From the NCBI GenBank assembly GCA_965243025.1, contig CBDETY010000003.1:5376001-5440000 (forward strand): 64,000 nucleotides of DNA. Reading direction: 5' to 3'. This stretch comes from Candidatus Latescibacterota bacterium (GTDB taxonomy: Bacteria; Latescibacterota; UBA2968; UBA8231). Below, in pieces: positions 52,230-62,367 of the stretch (position 1 is the stretch's first letter; the number at the start of each line of letters is the position of its first letter). A program made the translations under genes and the position numbers. The notes under the pieces were generated by a model. It saw only the letters and a program-made list of their open reading frames with translations. It made no database searches and was not told the origin of the DNA.

Positions 52230-54203
52230 ATGAGAATCCATCCCTCATTCGCCGGCCTGCTGACATCGCTTTTCGTCCTCTCCGCATATCCGGCTGAAGC
52301 CCTCACCGTGTATCGCATCGGGGGCGAAGACCTTCCGCGTCCCGAAATCGCCGATGAACCGGGCGTCGATTTCGTACAAATCCCGTGGGACGATGTCGAT
52401 GACGACAAGTTCGGCGGCGCCAACCAGGTCGCCACCGAGGGCAGCCTGCAACCGCAGCAGCTCGATCCCAGTGTCAACCTGACGCCGCTGATCCGCGGCC
52501 TGGGGGGCTTCATCAAATCGTCAAATGGGTACGGATGGCGGGACGAAGACCTGCTCGATCTCGCCTTTGACGGCGACTACGACACGGCGTACAGCGGAAT
52601 CGGGAGCGAGTTCTCCCTCAACTGCGGAGACTGGGACGCAGTGCCCAGGTGCAAGGCAATCTGGGTAAAGTTCAACGGCATGTTTCCGATACGGCGCATC
52701 GTTCTGCAGCCCACGCCGGAGCGCGCGACGGAGCGCTTCATCCCCGATTTCCGGATCGGGACCACTGACGCTCCGGTGGAGCGCACGCTGACGACACTCC
52801 AGCTCGACCTGAAGCACGGCGCCAGGGATATGTACGTCGAATGGCGGGATGGGCGTAGAGTCTACTTCGACGAACAGTTCGACGTCCGCGAAAACAGAGA
52901 GCCCCTCATCGACCTCGAGCTTTCCGACAAACCGATATCCGAGTTGATGTTCGTGGCCGAAAGTGCGGTCAACTGGGAAATCGCCGAATTCGAGATTTAC
53001 GGCGACGGCTTCGCTTCGCAGGCGAGTTACTCGACCAACATCATCGACCTGGGGCGCAGCGCCAGCCTCGGCGATCTGACCTGGTCGGGAAGCGTGGACG
53101 ATGGCGCCCATGTCAATCTGACAATGCGCACAGGCGATGACGAAGACCCGAATTTCTACTGGCGTCTGACCTTTCGCGGAGATGAGCGCACCCGCTTCGA
53201 GACCGGCGGAAAAGAGCTGAGCCGCAAAAACTACGGCAGGCTCGAGGGGGGCGAGAAGGCCGGGATCAGTCCCGACACGGAGAACTGGGAATTCTGGAGC
53301 CCGCCGGTGAATTTTGAAAAGGGCGAGGCGGGGATTGTCGCCGACAAGCCCAGGCAGTTTGTGCAGTTCAAAGCCGACTTCACCTCCACGCGGGCCCAGG
53401 CACGTGCCGCGGTGGAGTTCCTCCAGTTCAACGTTTCCAGCCCGCCAGTCGCCAGCCAGGTGCTCGCCGAAATCGCGCCGACTCGAGCGCGCCTGGGCGA
53501 GATCACAACCTTCACCTACAAGATTCTGCCCGAGCTCGACGAAGACAATCTCGGCTTCGACAGCATAGAGATCTCCACGCCGATTGCGCCGGCGAGCGTC
53601 GACGCGGTGCGCATCGGCGCGCAGTCGTTAGGACAGTCCGAGTTCGAAGTCGGGGAGTACGACGGCGAGAGTTTTGTCGTCAAAATTCCGCATATCGACC
53701 TGCAGAGCTCGGGAGAGCTGATTGAAGTCGACTTCCGGAGCGAAGTCTTCAAAGTGGGCACTGTTTTCTCCGGTCGCGTGTTCGACAGCTCGCTGCCGAG
53801 CGAGGTGCGCCAGCGCGTGACCGAGGGAGACGCCGACCCCGTCGCAGAAGGCAACACGCTCAGCGTCGACCAGATGAGTCTCGGCCAGGACGCCATTCGC
53901 GCACTCAGGGTGTCGGCTCTCACACCGAACGGCGACGGCGTCAACGACGTCCTCGAGATCGAATACGACCTGGTGAATCTCTCAGGCGACGTCCCGATCG
54001 CCATCGGGGTGTACGACCTGGCGGGGAGCCAGGTGGCGGAGATAACGGCCGGCAACAGCGGCAGTGGCCGCTTCACCACCACCTGGGACGGCCGCGATGC
54101 CGCGAATGCCGTGCTGCCACCGGGGCTGTACCTGCTGCGTCTGGAAGTCGAGGCGGACCGCGGTACCGACATTGCCATCTCTACCGTACCGATCGTCTAC
54201 TGA
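52230..54203 (+). CDS. Large secreted protein with a C-terminal FlgD-Ig-like domain (paralog 1)
   Basis: Signal peptide (PAEA), EIAEFEIYG.GF...Y.T.IIDLG, RTG, FVQF, GFDSIEISTP, TPNGDG.ND and WDGRD.....LPPGLY. Confidence 0.8.
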   Translation: MRIHPSFAGLLTSLFVLSAYPAEALTVYRIGGEDLPRPEIADEPGVDFVQIPWDDVDDDKFGGANQVATEGSLQPQQLDPSVNLTPLIRGLGGFIKSSNGYGWRDEDLLDLAFDGDYDTAYSGIGSEFSLNCGDWDAVPRCKAIWVKFNGMFPIRRIVLQPTPERATERFIPDFRIGTTDAPVERTLTTLQLDLKHGARDMYVEWRDGRRVYFDEQFDVRENREPLIDLELSDKPISELMFVAESAVNWEIAEFEIYGDGFASQASYSTNIIDLGRSASLGDLTWSGSVDDGAHVNLTMRTGDDEDPNFYWRLTFRGDERTRFETGGKELSRKNYGRLEGGEKAGISPDTENWEFWSPPVNFEKGEAGIVADKPRQFVQFKADFTSTRAQARAAVEFLQFNVSSPPVASQVLAEIAPTRARLGEITTFTYKILPELDEDNLGFDSIEISTPIAPASVDAVRIGAQSLGQSEFEVGEYDGESFVVKIPHIDLQSSGELIEVDFRSEVFKVGTVFSGRVFDSSLPSEVRQRVTEGDADPVAEGNTLSVDQMSLGQDAIRALRVSALTPNGDGVNDVLEIEYDLVNLSGDVPIAIGVYDLAGSQVAEITAGNSGSGRFTTTWDGRDAANAVLPPGLYLLRLEVEADRGTDIAISTVPIVY

Positions 54204-54295
54204 GCTGTCCATGAACCTCCCCAATAGGTTCACATGGCGCACGAGCGGTGTAAGCCCGTGCGCCATTGTTCTTCCAAGAGACAACTGACTCGCTC

Positions 54296-55939
54296 ATGCA
54301 CTATCCCGTTTTCTCCGCCGCATGCGCGACGTTTCTCACGCTGGTGAATCCCTGTACTCCTGCCGTCGGGCAAGTGGCCGTGCTGGCGACGGTGGGGCAG
54401 GAGCAAATCGTCCCCGAAGATCTGAGAAGATTCGCCAGCTCACTTCCCCAGGGGTTTAAGCAGAGCAAAACGGGATTCGCCGCCGACAGCCTGTTGCTCG
54501 AGAGCCTCATCGACAGGACGGTGTTGGTAAAGGAGGCCGAAAATGCCGGTATCGACGACGAGCCCTGGCTCGATGTGCACATGCAGCGCTACGAGCGCGA
54601 GCAGGTACTCCTGCTCTACAAGCGTCTGGAGGTCAACGGCAAGGTCGAGATCACCGAAGAGGAGCTCATGGCGCAGTTCAAAGCCTCCGGCAGGGATCGC
54701 GCTTTGCGCATCGCCGGCATCCTGGTCGAGACCGAAGAGGAGGCGGCGCAGCTGAGAAGCGAGATTCTGGCAGGAGCTGACTTCGCCCAGCTTGCCAGAG
54801 AGCGATCGCTGTACGAGGAGGCGCGCGATCGCGGAGGGGACATGGGCCGCTACATGAGGAAGGACGAGACCTCGGGATTCCTCAAGGAAGCGGTGTTTGC
54901 CCTCGAGCCGGGAGAGATCACGCAGCCGCTGCGCTTCCTCTACGGGAAGAAGTGGCGCTACACCATCATCAAGATACTCGACGAGATCCCCGTGCCTTTG
55001 AGCGATGTCGAGAACCGGGTCGCCGAACAGGTCTTCGGCCGCAAGCGCGTGGCGCGCCAACAAGCACTGAGCGACTCGCTGCGATCGGAGTACGCGCCGC
55101 GCATTCACCGCGACAACCTCGAAGCCTTTCTCGGGTCTCGCGGCATGAGCGTCGACGAGCTCAAGGCCCTCGGCAAACGACCGCTGTGCAGCTACCGGGG
55201 CGGCCGGGTCACGGTGAACGACTTCTGGATGTTCGTACCCGAAGGCAAGAGAGACCCCGAGCGCTTGAAGGGCGTCGATCCATTCGCCGATTTCCTGCTC
55301 GAGGTCGTGGTGCCCTCACAGCTGTTCATCGAGGAGGCCCGTGCGGCCGGCTTATACGAGAACGCCAAAGTACTCGCCAAGGTCGAAGCAGAGAGGTACT
55401 CGGCGATGCTCGACACGCTGCGCATTCGCAGGGTCGACAGTCAGGTCACGGTCAGCGACGACGAGGTGCGCACCTTCTACCGCGACCACCCCGATCTGTT
55501 CATGTCCCTGGAAGAACTGGTTGTGAATGAAGTTCTCGTCGGCTCGCTGGAAGAAGCGCGGTGGATCCGCGCCCGGGCCGAGGCGGGCGATAGCATGGCG
55601 GAACTGGCGCAGGAGTACACCCTGCACGAAGAGATGGCCGACCACGATGGCACGGTGAAGATCAGCAAGTACAGCCATCACAGACAGCTGTACGAAGCCG
55701 CCAAGGGGGCGGACCCGGGGTCGGTGCACGGGCCCGTGAAGACCGGGGAGGGTTTTTCGGTATTCAAGGTGCGCGAGCGCACGGAATCGACGCTCAAACC
55801 CCTGAACCAGATCGAATACCGCCGCGCCAAGGCATTCGTCAAGATCCGCAAGCGCAAACTCGCCTATGTCGAGTACGTGCGCGAGTTGAGGGGCCAGTAC
55901 GAGGTAGCGGTATTCCACGATCGCCTGCGGCAATTGTAG
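54296..55939 (+). CDS. Parvulin/PpiC-type peptidylprolyl isomerase-like chaperone with two PpiC domains
   Basis: LESLIDR..L..EA, ILV.TEEEA....I..GADFA.LA.E.S......GGD.G; second GDSM.ELA...GPV.T..GF.V. Confidence 0.8.
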   Translation: MHYPVFSAACATFLTLVNPCTPAVGQVAVLATVGQEQIVPEDLRRFASSLPQGFKQSKTGFAADSLLLESLIDRTVLVKEAENAGIDDEPWLDVHMQRYEREQVLLLYKRLEVNGKVEITEEELMAQFKASGRDRALRIAGILVETEEEAAQLRSEILAGADFAQLARERSLYEEARDRGGDMGRYMRKDETSGFLKEAVFALEPGEITQPLRFLYGKKWRYTIIKILDEIPVPLSDVENRVAEQVFGRKRVARQQALSDSLRSEYAPRIHRDNLEAFLGSRGMSVDELKALGKRPLCSYRGGRVTVNDFWMFVPEGKRDPERLKGVDPFADFLLEVVVPSQLFIEEARAAGLYENAKVLAKVEAERYSAMLDTLRIRRVDSQVTVSDDEVRTFYRDHPDLFMSLEELVVNEVLVGSLEEARWIRARAEAGDSMAELAQEYTLHEEMADHDGTVKISKYSHHRQLYEAAKGADPGSVHGPVKTGEGFSVFKVRERTESTLKPLNQIEYRRAKAFVKIRKRKLAYVEYVRELRGQYEVAVFHDRLRQL

Positions 55940-56019
55940 CCACATAACCCGTGACAGAACAGTGCGTTATCGACGAGCAGTCGCGGCTTGTCAAAGCCTG
56001 ACAAATCAACGACTTTGTA

Positions 56020-57108
56020 CTAGTGTTGTGTCGCAGAGATTCGTTCGCAAAGTCTCTTGATTTTCGCAAGGATGGAATCGGCCGTAGCCGTCCAGACGAA
56101 CGGGTGTGCGTTGGCGTTCCATTTGGCCGTGTAGCGTTCGATCCGCCCGATGAGCTCTGACACCTTACGGAACGAGTCCCGGCGAAGAGCTTGGCGGGTA
56201 ATGATGCTGAACCAAATCTCCACTTGGTTGAGCCACGAAGCATAGGTGGGGGTGTAGTGAACGTGAAATCGAGGCCGCCGTGCCAGCCATCGCTTGACCT
56301 TGGCATGCTTATGCGTGGCGTAGTTGTCGACGACAAGATGAATATCCAGGTCAGCGGGGACGTTGGCCTCAATGTGGCGCAGGAACTGGAGGAACTCCTG
56401 GTGACGATGACGAGACTTGCACTGGGTCATCACGGCGCCGGTGGCGATGTCCAGTGCGGCGAACAGGGTGGTGGTGCCATGCCGCTTGTAGTCGTGCGTT
56501 ACCCCTTCCACGTATCCCAGTCCCAGGGGCAGCATGGGCTGACTTCGTTCCAACGCCTGGATCTGGCTCTTCTCGTCCACGCACAGCACCATGGCGTGCT
56601 CGGGGGGATTCAGGTATAAGCCGACGATATCCCGTACTTTGTCGACAAAGAAAGGATCGGTGGAAAGCTTGAAGTGCTTGTGTCGGTGGGGCTGCAAACC
56701 ATACGTGCGCCAAATGCGATGAACGGCATCCTTGGTCAGGCCGGTTTCCTCGCCCATGGAGCGCAGCGACCACTGGGTTTGGTCTTTGGGCTTGGTCTTC
56801 AGGGTCTTGTATACCACCTCGGCTACCTGCTCGTCCGTGATCGATCGCGGCGCCCCTGAGCGCAGCTCATCATACAAGCCTTGGAGCCCGTTTTCGAGAA
56901 AGCGCCGGCGCCACTTGCCGACCGTAGCACGCGTCACACCCACCGCGGCCGCGACGGCTTCATTGGGCCAGCCTTCGGCGGCCAGCAGAATAATCTCGGC
57001 TCGCCGCACCAACCCGTGGGAAAGGCTCCGTGATTTGGCCATCGATTCCAATCGTTCCCGGTCCGACGGACTCAGCTCTAACGGCGTTAATGGACGCCCC
57101 GTCACCAT
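56020..57108 (-). CDS. IS630 transposase
   Basis: HTH N-terminus; VDEKS, HDY.RHGT, VDNY.THK and SWLNQVE.WF. Confidence 0.95.
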   Translation of the reverse strand: MVTGRPLTPLELSPSDRERLESMAKSRSLSHGLVRRAEIILLAAEGWPNEAVAAAVGVTRATVGKWRRRFLENGLQGLYDELRSGAPRSITDEQVAEVVYKTLKTKPKDQTQWSLRSMGEETGLTKDAVHRIWRTYGLQPHRHKHFKLSTDPFFVDKVRDIVGLYLNPPEHAMVLCVDEKSQIQALERSQPMLPLGLGYVEGVTHDYKRHGTTTLFAALDIATGAVMTQCKSRHRHQEFLQFLRHIEANVPADLDIHLVVDNYATHKHAKVKRWLARRPRFHVHYTPTYASWLNQVEIWFSIITRQALRRDSFRKVSELIGRIERYTAKWNANAHPFVWTATADSILAKIKRLCERISATQH

Positions 57109-57192
57109 AGGTCTCTCCTTTCAGAAAGAGGATCAAGAGAAACCTACGGCACCTTCAATTGTTTGTACAGTTACTTACACGACAGGACACTA
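56021..57192 (-). mobile_element. IS630-family insertion sequence, copy 1
   Basis: Bounded by TA (CTAG) at both ends; imperfect TIRs TAGTGTTGTGTCG / TAGTGTCCTGTCG; encodes a DDE transposase. Confidence 0.93.
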
Positions 57193-57235
57193 GTTGAGTA
57201 CCCGCATCGGTGTCTCGACCAATCGGAGAGTGAAC

Positions 57236-59908
57236 ATGCGCAGAACCATCGCGATCTGCGGAGCGCTCGTGCTGCTCAGCTCGAGTGACAGTGTCCGGGC
57301 CCAGCAGGGCCATGCAGTGGGGGCCAATCAGGTTGTCGTCGAGCGGACTTCACAATGGCAGCAGTGGGAGTTCCCCTCCAACACGATCGACATCACGGCC
57401 GAGGGCGTGACCCCGCATTTCTGGCGCACCGACACCAATGCGATGCTGGAAATCGTCGACAACCTCCGCGCCAACCCCCCGTCGGCCCTGGCCAGCAAGA
57501 AACCCGAAGACATCACGGTACTCGACGCCATCGAGGCGGTGACGAATCGCGAGGACGTCGTCAACCTCTTTGACGGCGACATGACCACGTACTGGGAGCC
57601 CGAATTCCCCGAGAACGAGTCGACGGAGCTCAGCAATGTATGGTGGTTTACCATAGACCTAGGGCGGGTCGTGCTCGCCAAGAAGATCGTCCTGCGCTTC
57701 GTCGACGAAGAGATGGGCGACCCCTTTCTGATGTTCGAAGTCCTAACCTCCGACGGTCAGAAGCCCGTGAAGGCCCTGGCCGGCAAGACCCTGGAGTACT
57801 CGCGCATATTCCGCACCCTGCAGCCCAACAAGACGCAGCGGGAGTTCGAGTTCGATTTAACAGGGCTGTCGGGTGGTACCCTCGGTGAGGCCGGTGCGTC
57901 TCAGAGCTTCACGCCGGGCGAGGGGCGCAAACGCGTGGTGCGTCTGCTCCAGGTTAAGGTCAACGAGAGCGGTCTCCGGCGCGGGCGCGAGATCAGCCAG
58001 GAGGAGTACGAGCAGCTGCGCGTGGATGCGCCAGGCGATACCGGGTTCGTCGAGTACAACAAACTGCTGTCGACAGGCGGAGAGCTGCCGGTTTCGAAGA
58101 CGATCTACGACAAGCTCGACGACGACCGCAAAGGGGCAATTCGCCACTTCCGGCGCGAGCGGCCGCGACTGGCTGAGCTGGAGGTCTGGGGAGAAGGGGA
58201 CGACGTGTTCGCAGGTACCATCAATCGCGGGGGGACCATCACCGCCACCGATGGCGGGGAATTCGACGCCAGGGTCTTGATCGACTCGGATATCCTGAGC
58301 AATCTCCCCCTCCAAGTGTTGATACCACTTACCGAGGCCACCCTCATCGGCAACATCAGGCAGGAGGATGTGTTCGCCGATCTCGGTGGCTTCTTCTGGA
58401 TCGATCGACAACGGATGACGGTCAATTTCAGGCCTTCGGAACACTCGGGCACATGGGGCGAGTACTGGCTGGATTTCTCCGACGGCTCCCGCCAGATCGA
58501 CGGCAGCCTGAAGTGGATCACGAAGGGGTACAGCAACGAGATACCGGCGTCGGGCAACGTCGAGTCAGTGCAGGCGCACATACGCACCTACTACCACGAC
58601 TTCGAGCCGATCAAGGCGAGGTTCATGCGCGTCCACTACACAGCCAGTGGAGATTACCCCCGGGGGCCCAGTACGGTCTACCTGAGCGACATCCAACTGT
58701 TCGGAGAGGGATTTCAGCCGGAAGTCTCGATGACATCGGATCTCATTCGCCTGGGGGGAACGCGCAACCTGTCGACGATCGAGTGGGACGCCGACGCGCC
58801 TCCGGGGACGCGCGTGCTGCTGCAGACGCGCACGGGCAGCACGCTCGATACCCTGCTGCACTACTTCAAGAAAGACGGCACCGAAGTCACCGAAGCGCAG
58901 TACAACAAGATCCGCATCAAGTCGCAGAAAGGGGACATCGTCCCCGAAGAGGTGGCGAGCGCCGACTGGGAGCCGTGGAGCGCGCCCTATGAGCTCGCCG
59001 CCGGCAGCAGCATCACCTCGCCGTCGCCGCGCGAGTTCATGAAGATTCGGGCTACGCTGCTGTCCGATGATCCCAAGGCGCGCGCGCAGCTGCGATCGAT
59101 TCGCGTGAACTTCGCCAGCCCGCTGGCCACGAAACTCGAAGGTCGCGTGCTGCCGACCCGCGTCGACTCCCTCGGAGTAGACCGACTATTTTCGCTGATC
59201 GTCGACCTCGAATCGCTCGAGCGCGGGTTCGACGAGGTGCTGGTCCAGCCGCCGGCGGGCCTGGAGCTGTCCTTCGATCCCGCCAGCGAGTCGCTGTACG
59301 CGGGCATGACGGGCGATTTCGACGAGGGGTCCGATATGACGACCCTGGCTGACGTGCGCGTGCTGACACAGGGCGACACCCTGCACCTGGCCTTTCCCGA
59401 GGTCGGCGAAGCCGAGGTGCTGCGAGTCGACTTTCGCGGCAAGCTGTTTTCCTCGGGTGGTCGCATGCGCGCCTCGCTGCGCAGCTCGGAGGGGTCCGGG
59501 TTATGGCAGCACGTAGACGAGCAGGTATCGCGCAGCTCCATGCAGCTCGTGGCGCTGCCGGAGCGCAAGGAATTGTTCCTCGATCTGACGATCACTCCCC
59601 GGGTTTTCTCGCCCAACGGAGACGGGATCAACGACGAGACGGTCATGGATTTCACTCTGGTCCTCGTCGGGGCCAGTACACCGGTGGAAGCGGAGATCTT
59701 CGATCTCACCGGCCGGCAAGTCCGGCGTCTCGAGCAGCAGCGGGCAGTGAGCACGGGGCGGTATTCGATTCCCTGGGACGGAAAAGACGAGGCGGGCAAC
59801 ACGCTGCCGCCGGGAGTGTACGCGGTGCGCCTGAGTCTCGACGCCGACACAGATGGCACGGGCATCTCGCGGCGCGAGGTCATGCGTACGATCGCGCTCG
59901 GCTACTGA
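57236..59908 (+). CDS. Large secreted protein with a C-terminal FlgD-Ig-like domain (paralog 2)
   Basis: Signal peptide, LFDGD..TYW, IDLGR (discoidin-like), FGEGF, QTRTG, WEPWS.PY, FSPNGDGIND and WDGKD..G..LPPG.Y. Confidence 0.8.
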   Translation: MRRTIAICGALVLLSSSDSVRAQQGHAVGANQVVVERTSQWQQWEFPSNTIDITAEGVTPHFWRTDTNAMLEIVDNLRANPPSALASKKPEDITVLDAIEAVTNREDVVNLFDGDMTTYWEPEFPENESTELSNVWWFTIDLGRVVLAKKIVLRFVDEEMGDPFLMFEVLTSDGQKPVKALAGKTLEYSRIFRTLQPNKTQREFEFDLTGLSGGTLGEAGASQSFTPGEGRKRVVRLLQVKVNESGLRRGREISQEEYEQLRVDAPGDTGFVEYNKLLSTGGELPVSKTIYDKLDDDRKGAIRHFRRERPRLAELEVWGEGDDVFAGTINRGGTITATDGGEFDARVLIDSDILSNLPLQVLIPLTEATLIGNIRQEDVFADLGGFFWIDRQRMTVNFRPSEHSGTWGEYWLDFSDGSRQIDGSLKWITKGYSNEIPASGNVESVQAHIRTYYHDFEPIKARFMRVHYTASGDYPRGPSTVYLSDIQLFGEGFQPEVSMTSDLIRLGGTRNLSTIEWDADAPPGTRVLLQTRTGSTLDTLLHYFKKDGTEVTEAQYNKIRIKSQKGDIVPEEVASADWEPWSAPYELAAGSSITSPSPREFMKIRATLLSDDPKARAQLRSIRVNFASPLATKLEGRVLPTRVDSLGVDRLFSLIVDLESLERGFDEVLVQPPAGLELSFDPASESLYAGMTGDFDEGSDMTTLADVRVLTQGDTLHLAFPEVGEAEVLRVDFRGKLFSSGGRMRASLRSSEGSGLWQHVDEQVSRSSMQLVALPERKELFLDLTITPRVFSPNGDGINDETVMDFTLVLVGASTPVEAEIFDLTGRQVRRLEQQRAVSTGRYSIPWDGKDEAGNTLPPGVYAVRLSLDADTDGTGISRREVMRTIALGY

Positions 59909-59918
59909 GAGTTTTCCC

Positions 59919-60510
59919 ATGAGAGCGAGCCCTCCGAGGCCGCTCGCCTGCGCACTGCTCTGCTGCGTGCTGACCGTGCCCGCATGGGCGCAAAGCGGGC
60001 ATGTCGTGCGCGCTGGTCAAGTGGTCGTCGAGAGGCAGCAACACTGGGAGAACTGGGAGTTCCCTCAGGGCACATTGGACATCTCGGCGGCGGGCGGGGT
60101 AACCCCGCACCGCTGGCGCAAGAACACCGACGCGGTGCTCGATATCGTCGAGAATCTGCGCCGCAACCCCCCGCAGTACCTCTCCAACAAAAAGCCCGAA
60201 GAGATCGAGCTGCTCGACGCCATCCAGGCGGGCTCGAACCGCGAAGATGTCGTCCATCTCTTCGACGGCGACATGACCACGTACTGAGAACCGAACCCGC
60301 CCAGCGGCGACGCCGACATAGCCACACAGTGGTGGTTCACCGTCGATCTCGGACAGCTCGCACTGACCCGCAAGATCGTCCTGCGTTTCGTCGACGAGGA
60401 GCTCGGAGATCCCTTCCTGCTGTTCGACGTGCTGACGTCCGACGGGCAGAAGCCGGTGTCGGCCCTCACCTCGAATGCGCTGGATTACGAACGTGTGTAC
60501 CAGACGATCC
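59919..60510 (+). pseudogene. Truncated paralog of 57236-59908 with an in-frame TGA
   Basis: Aligns residue for residue with paralog 2; TGG(W) is TGA at 60285-60287; alignment breaks off at ~60510. Confidence 0.85.
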
Positions 60511-60701
60511 GCGGCCCTCGACCGCAGCGGTCAGGCGGACGACACGCTGGTGGTGTTCAGCTCGGACCACGGCGATCTGCTGGGCAACCACGGGATGTTC
60601 CTGAAAAGCTGGATGCCGTACGAGGAAGCGCACCGCATCCCGATGGTGGCGCGCTGGCCCGGCAACATTCCGGCGGGCAGCAGAGCGAATCAACTCGTCT
60701 A
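60511..60701 (+). pseudogene. Internal sulfatase gene fragment
   Basis: ALDRSGQADDTLVVFSSDHGD.LG.HG...K..PYEE..RIP...RWPG; cut by IS630. Confidence 0.8.
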
Positions 60702-61871
60702 GTGTCCTGTCGTGTAAGTAACTGTACAAACAATTGAAGGTGCCGTAGGTTTCTCTTGATCCTCTTTCTGAAAGGAGAGACCTATGGTGACGGGGCGTCC
60801 ATTAACGCCGTTAGAGCTGAGTCCGTCGGACCGGGAACGATTGGAATCGATGGCCAAATCACGGAGCCTTTCCCACGGGTTGGTGCGGCGAGCCGAGATT
60901 ATTCTGCTGGCCGCCGAAGGCTGGCCCAATGAAGCCGTCGCGGCCGCGGTGGGTGTGACGCGTGCTACGGTCGGCAAGTGGCGCCGGCGCTTTCTCGAAA
61001 ACGGGCTCCAAGGCTTGTATGATGAGCTGCGCTCAGGGGCGCCGCGATCGATCACGGACGAGCAGGTAGCCGAGGTGGTATACAAGACCCTGAAGACCAA
61101 GCCCAAAGACCAAACCCAGTGGTCGCTGCGCTCCATGGGCGAGGAAACCGGCCTGACCAAGGATGCCGTTCATCGCATTTGGCGCACGTATGGTTTGCAG
61201 CCCCACCGACACAAGCACTTCAAGCTTTCCACCGATCCTTTCTTTGTCGACAAAGTACGGGATATCGTCGGCTTATACCTGAATCCCCCCGAGCACGCCA
61301 TGGTGCTGTGCGTGGACGAGAAGAGCCAGATCCAGGCGTTGGAACGAAGTCAGCCCATGCTGCCCCTGGGACTGGGATACGTGGAAGGGGTAACGCACGA
61401 CTACAAGCGGCATGGCACCACCACCCTGTTCGCCGCACTGGACATCGCCACCGGCGCCGTGATGACCCAGTGCAAGTCTCGTCATCGTCACCAGGAGTTC
61501 CTCCAGTTCCTGCGCCACATTGAGGCCAACGTCCCCGCTGACCTGGATATTCATCTTGTCGTCGACAACTACGCCACGCATAAGCATGCCAAGGTCAAGC
61601 GATGGCTGGCACGGCGGCCTCGATTTCACGTTCACTACACCCCCACCTATGCTTCGTGGCTCAACCAAGTGGAGATTTGGTTCAGCATCATTACCCGCCA
61701 AGCTCTTCGCCGGGACTCGTTCCGTAAGGTGTCAGAGCTCATCGGGCGGATCGAACGCTACACGGCCAAATGGAACGCCAACGCACACCCGTTCGTCTGG
61801 ACGGCTACGGCCGATTCCATCCTTGCGAAAATCAAGAGACTTTGCGAACGAATCTCTGCGACACAACACTA
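60700..61871 (+). mobile_element. IS630-family insertion sequence, copy 2 (inverted relative to copy 1)
   Basis: Same ends and the same 362-aa transposase as copy 1. Confidence 0.93.
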
Positions 61872-61872
61872 G
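60784..61872 (+). CDS. IS630 transposase
   Basis: Translation identical to 56020-57108. Confidence 0.95.
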   Translation: MVTGRPLTPLELSPSDRERLESMAKSRSLSHGLVRRAEIILLAAEGWPNEAVAAAVGVTRATVGKWRRRFLENGLQGLYDELRSGAPRSITDEQVAEVVYKTLKTKPKDQTQWSLRSMGEETGLTKDAVHRIWRTYGLQPHRHKHFKLSTDPFFVDKVRDIVGLYLNPPEHAMVLCVDEKSQIQALERSQPMLPLGLGYVEGVTHDYKRHGTTTLFAALDIATGAVMTQCKSRHRHQEFLQFLRHIEANVPADLDIHLVVDNYATHKHAKVKRWLARRPRFHVHYTPTYASWLNQVEIWFSIITRQALRRDSFRKVSELIGRIERYTAKWNANAHPFVWTATADSILAKIKRLCERISATQH

Positions 61873-62208
61873 GTCGACAGCGCGGCGGAAATAGGAAGCC
61901 GCCACGTCGATCTGGTTGCGCCGGAAGGCCAGCAGTCCGAGGCCTTCGTAACAGCGGGCGTAGTTCGGGTCCAGCGCCAGCGCCGTGCGGTAGCCCGCTT
62001 CGGCGTCGTCGTGGCGGCCGAGACGGGCGTGCACGACAGCGAGATTGTAATGGGCGCTGGCATCTCGCGGGTTTTGTGCCGCCCATTCCGAGCGTTCGCG
62101 AAGAAGGGATTGCGCCTTGCTGTCGACCTCGGTCTGAACCGAAGGCGACTCCTCATCGCGAGCGCACCCGGTCCACCCGAGCAACACTATCCATATGGGC
62201 AGTAACAT
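61870..62208 (-). pseudogene. TPR lipoprotein, 5' part, truncated by IS630
   Basis: MLLPIWIVLLGWTGC lipobox, then TPR repeats AHYNLA..LG...AE..YR.AL.LDP; ends at the IS CTAG. Confidence 0.75.
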
Positions 62209-62217
62209 ACTACGGTT

Positions 62218-62261
62218 ATTCACAGCTTTGAAATACTTAATTCACAGCTTTGAAATGCTTG
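62218..62261. repeat. 22-bp near-perfect tandem duplication
   Basis: ATTCACAGCTTTGAAATACTTA / ATTCACAGCTTTGAAATGCTTG. Confidence 0.8.
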
Positions 62262-62367
62262 ACGACCCGAGACCGAAGCCGTTGTTTACCCAGAAAATCT
62301 CGCGGAAATCGAGATACATCACAACTTCCGAGCGTTGCGCTAGCTCCGCGAAGCGAGGTCCCTGGCG

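Noticed and set aside
60285-60287. In-frame TGA as selenocysteine or a recoded codon
   Set aside because: It aligns to Trp (TGG) in the paralog, many genes here end in TGA, and the gene is truncated anyway
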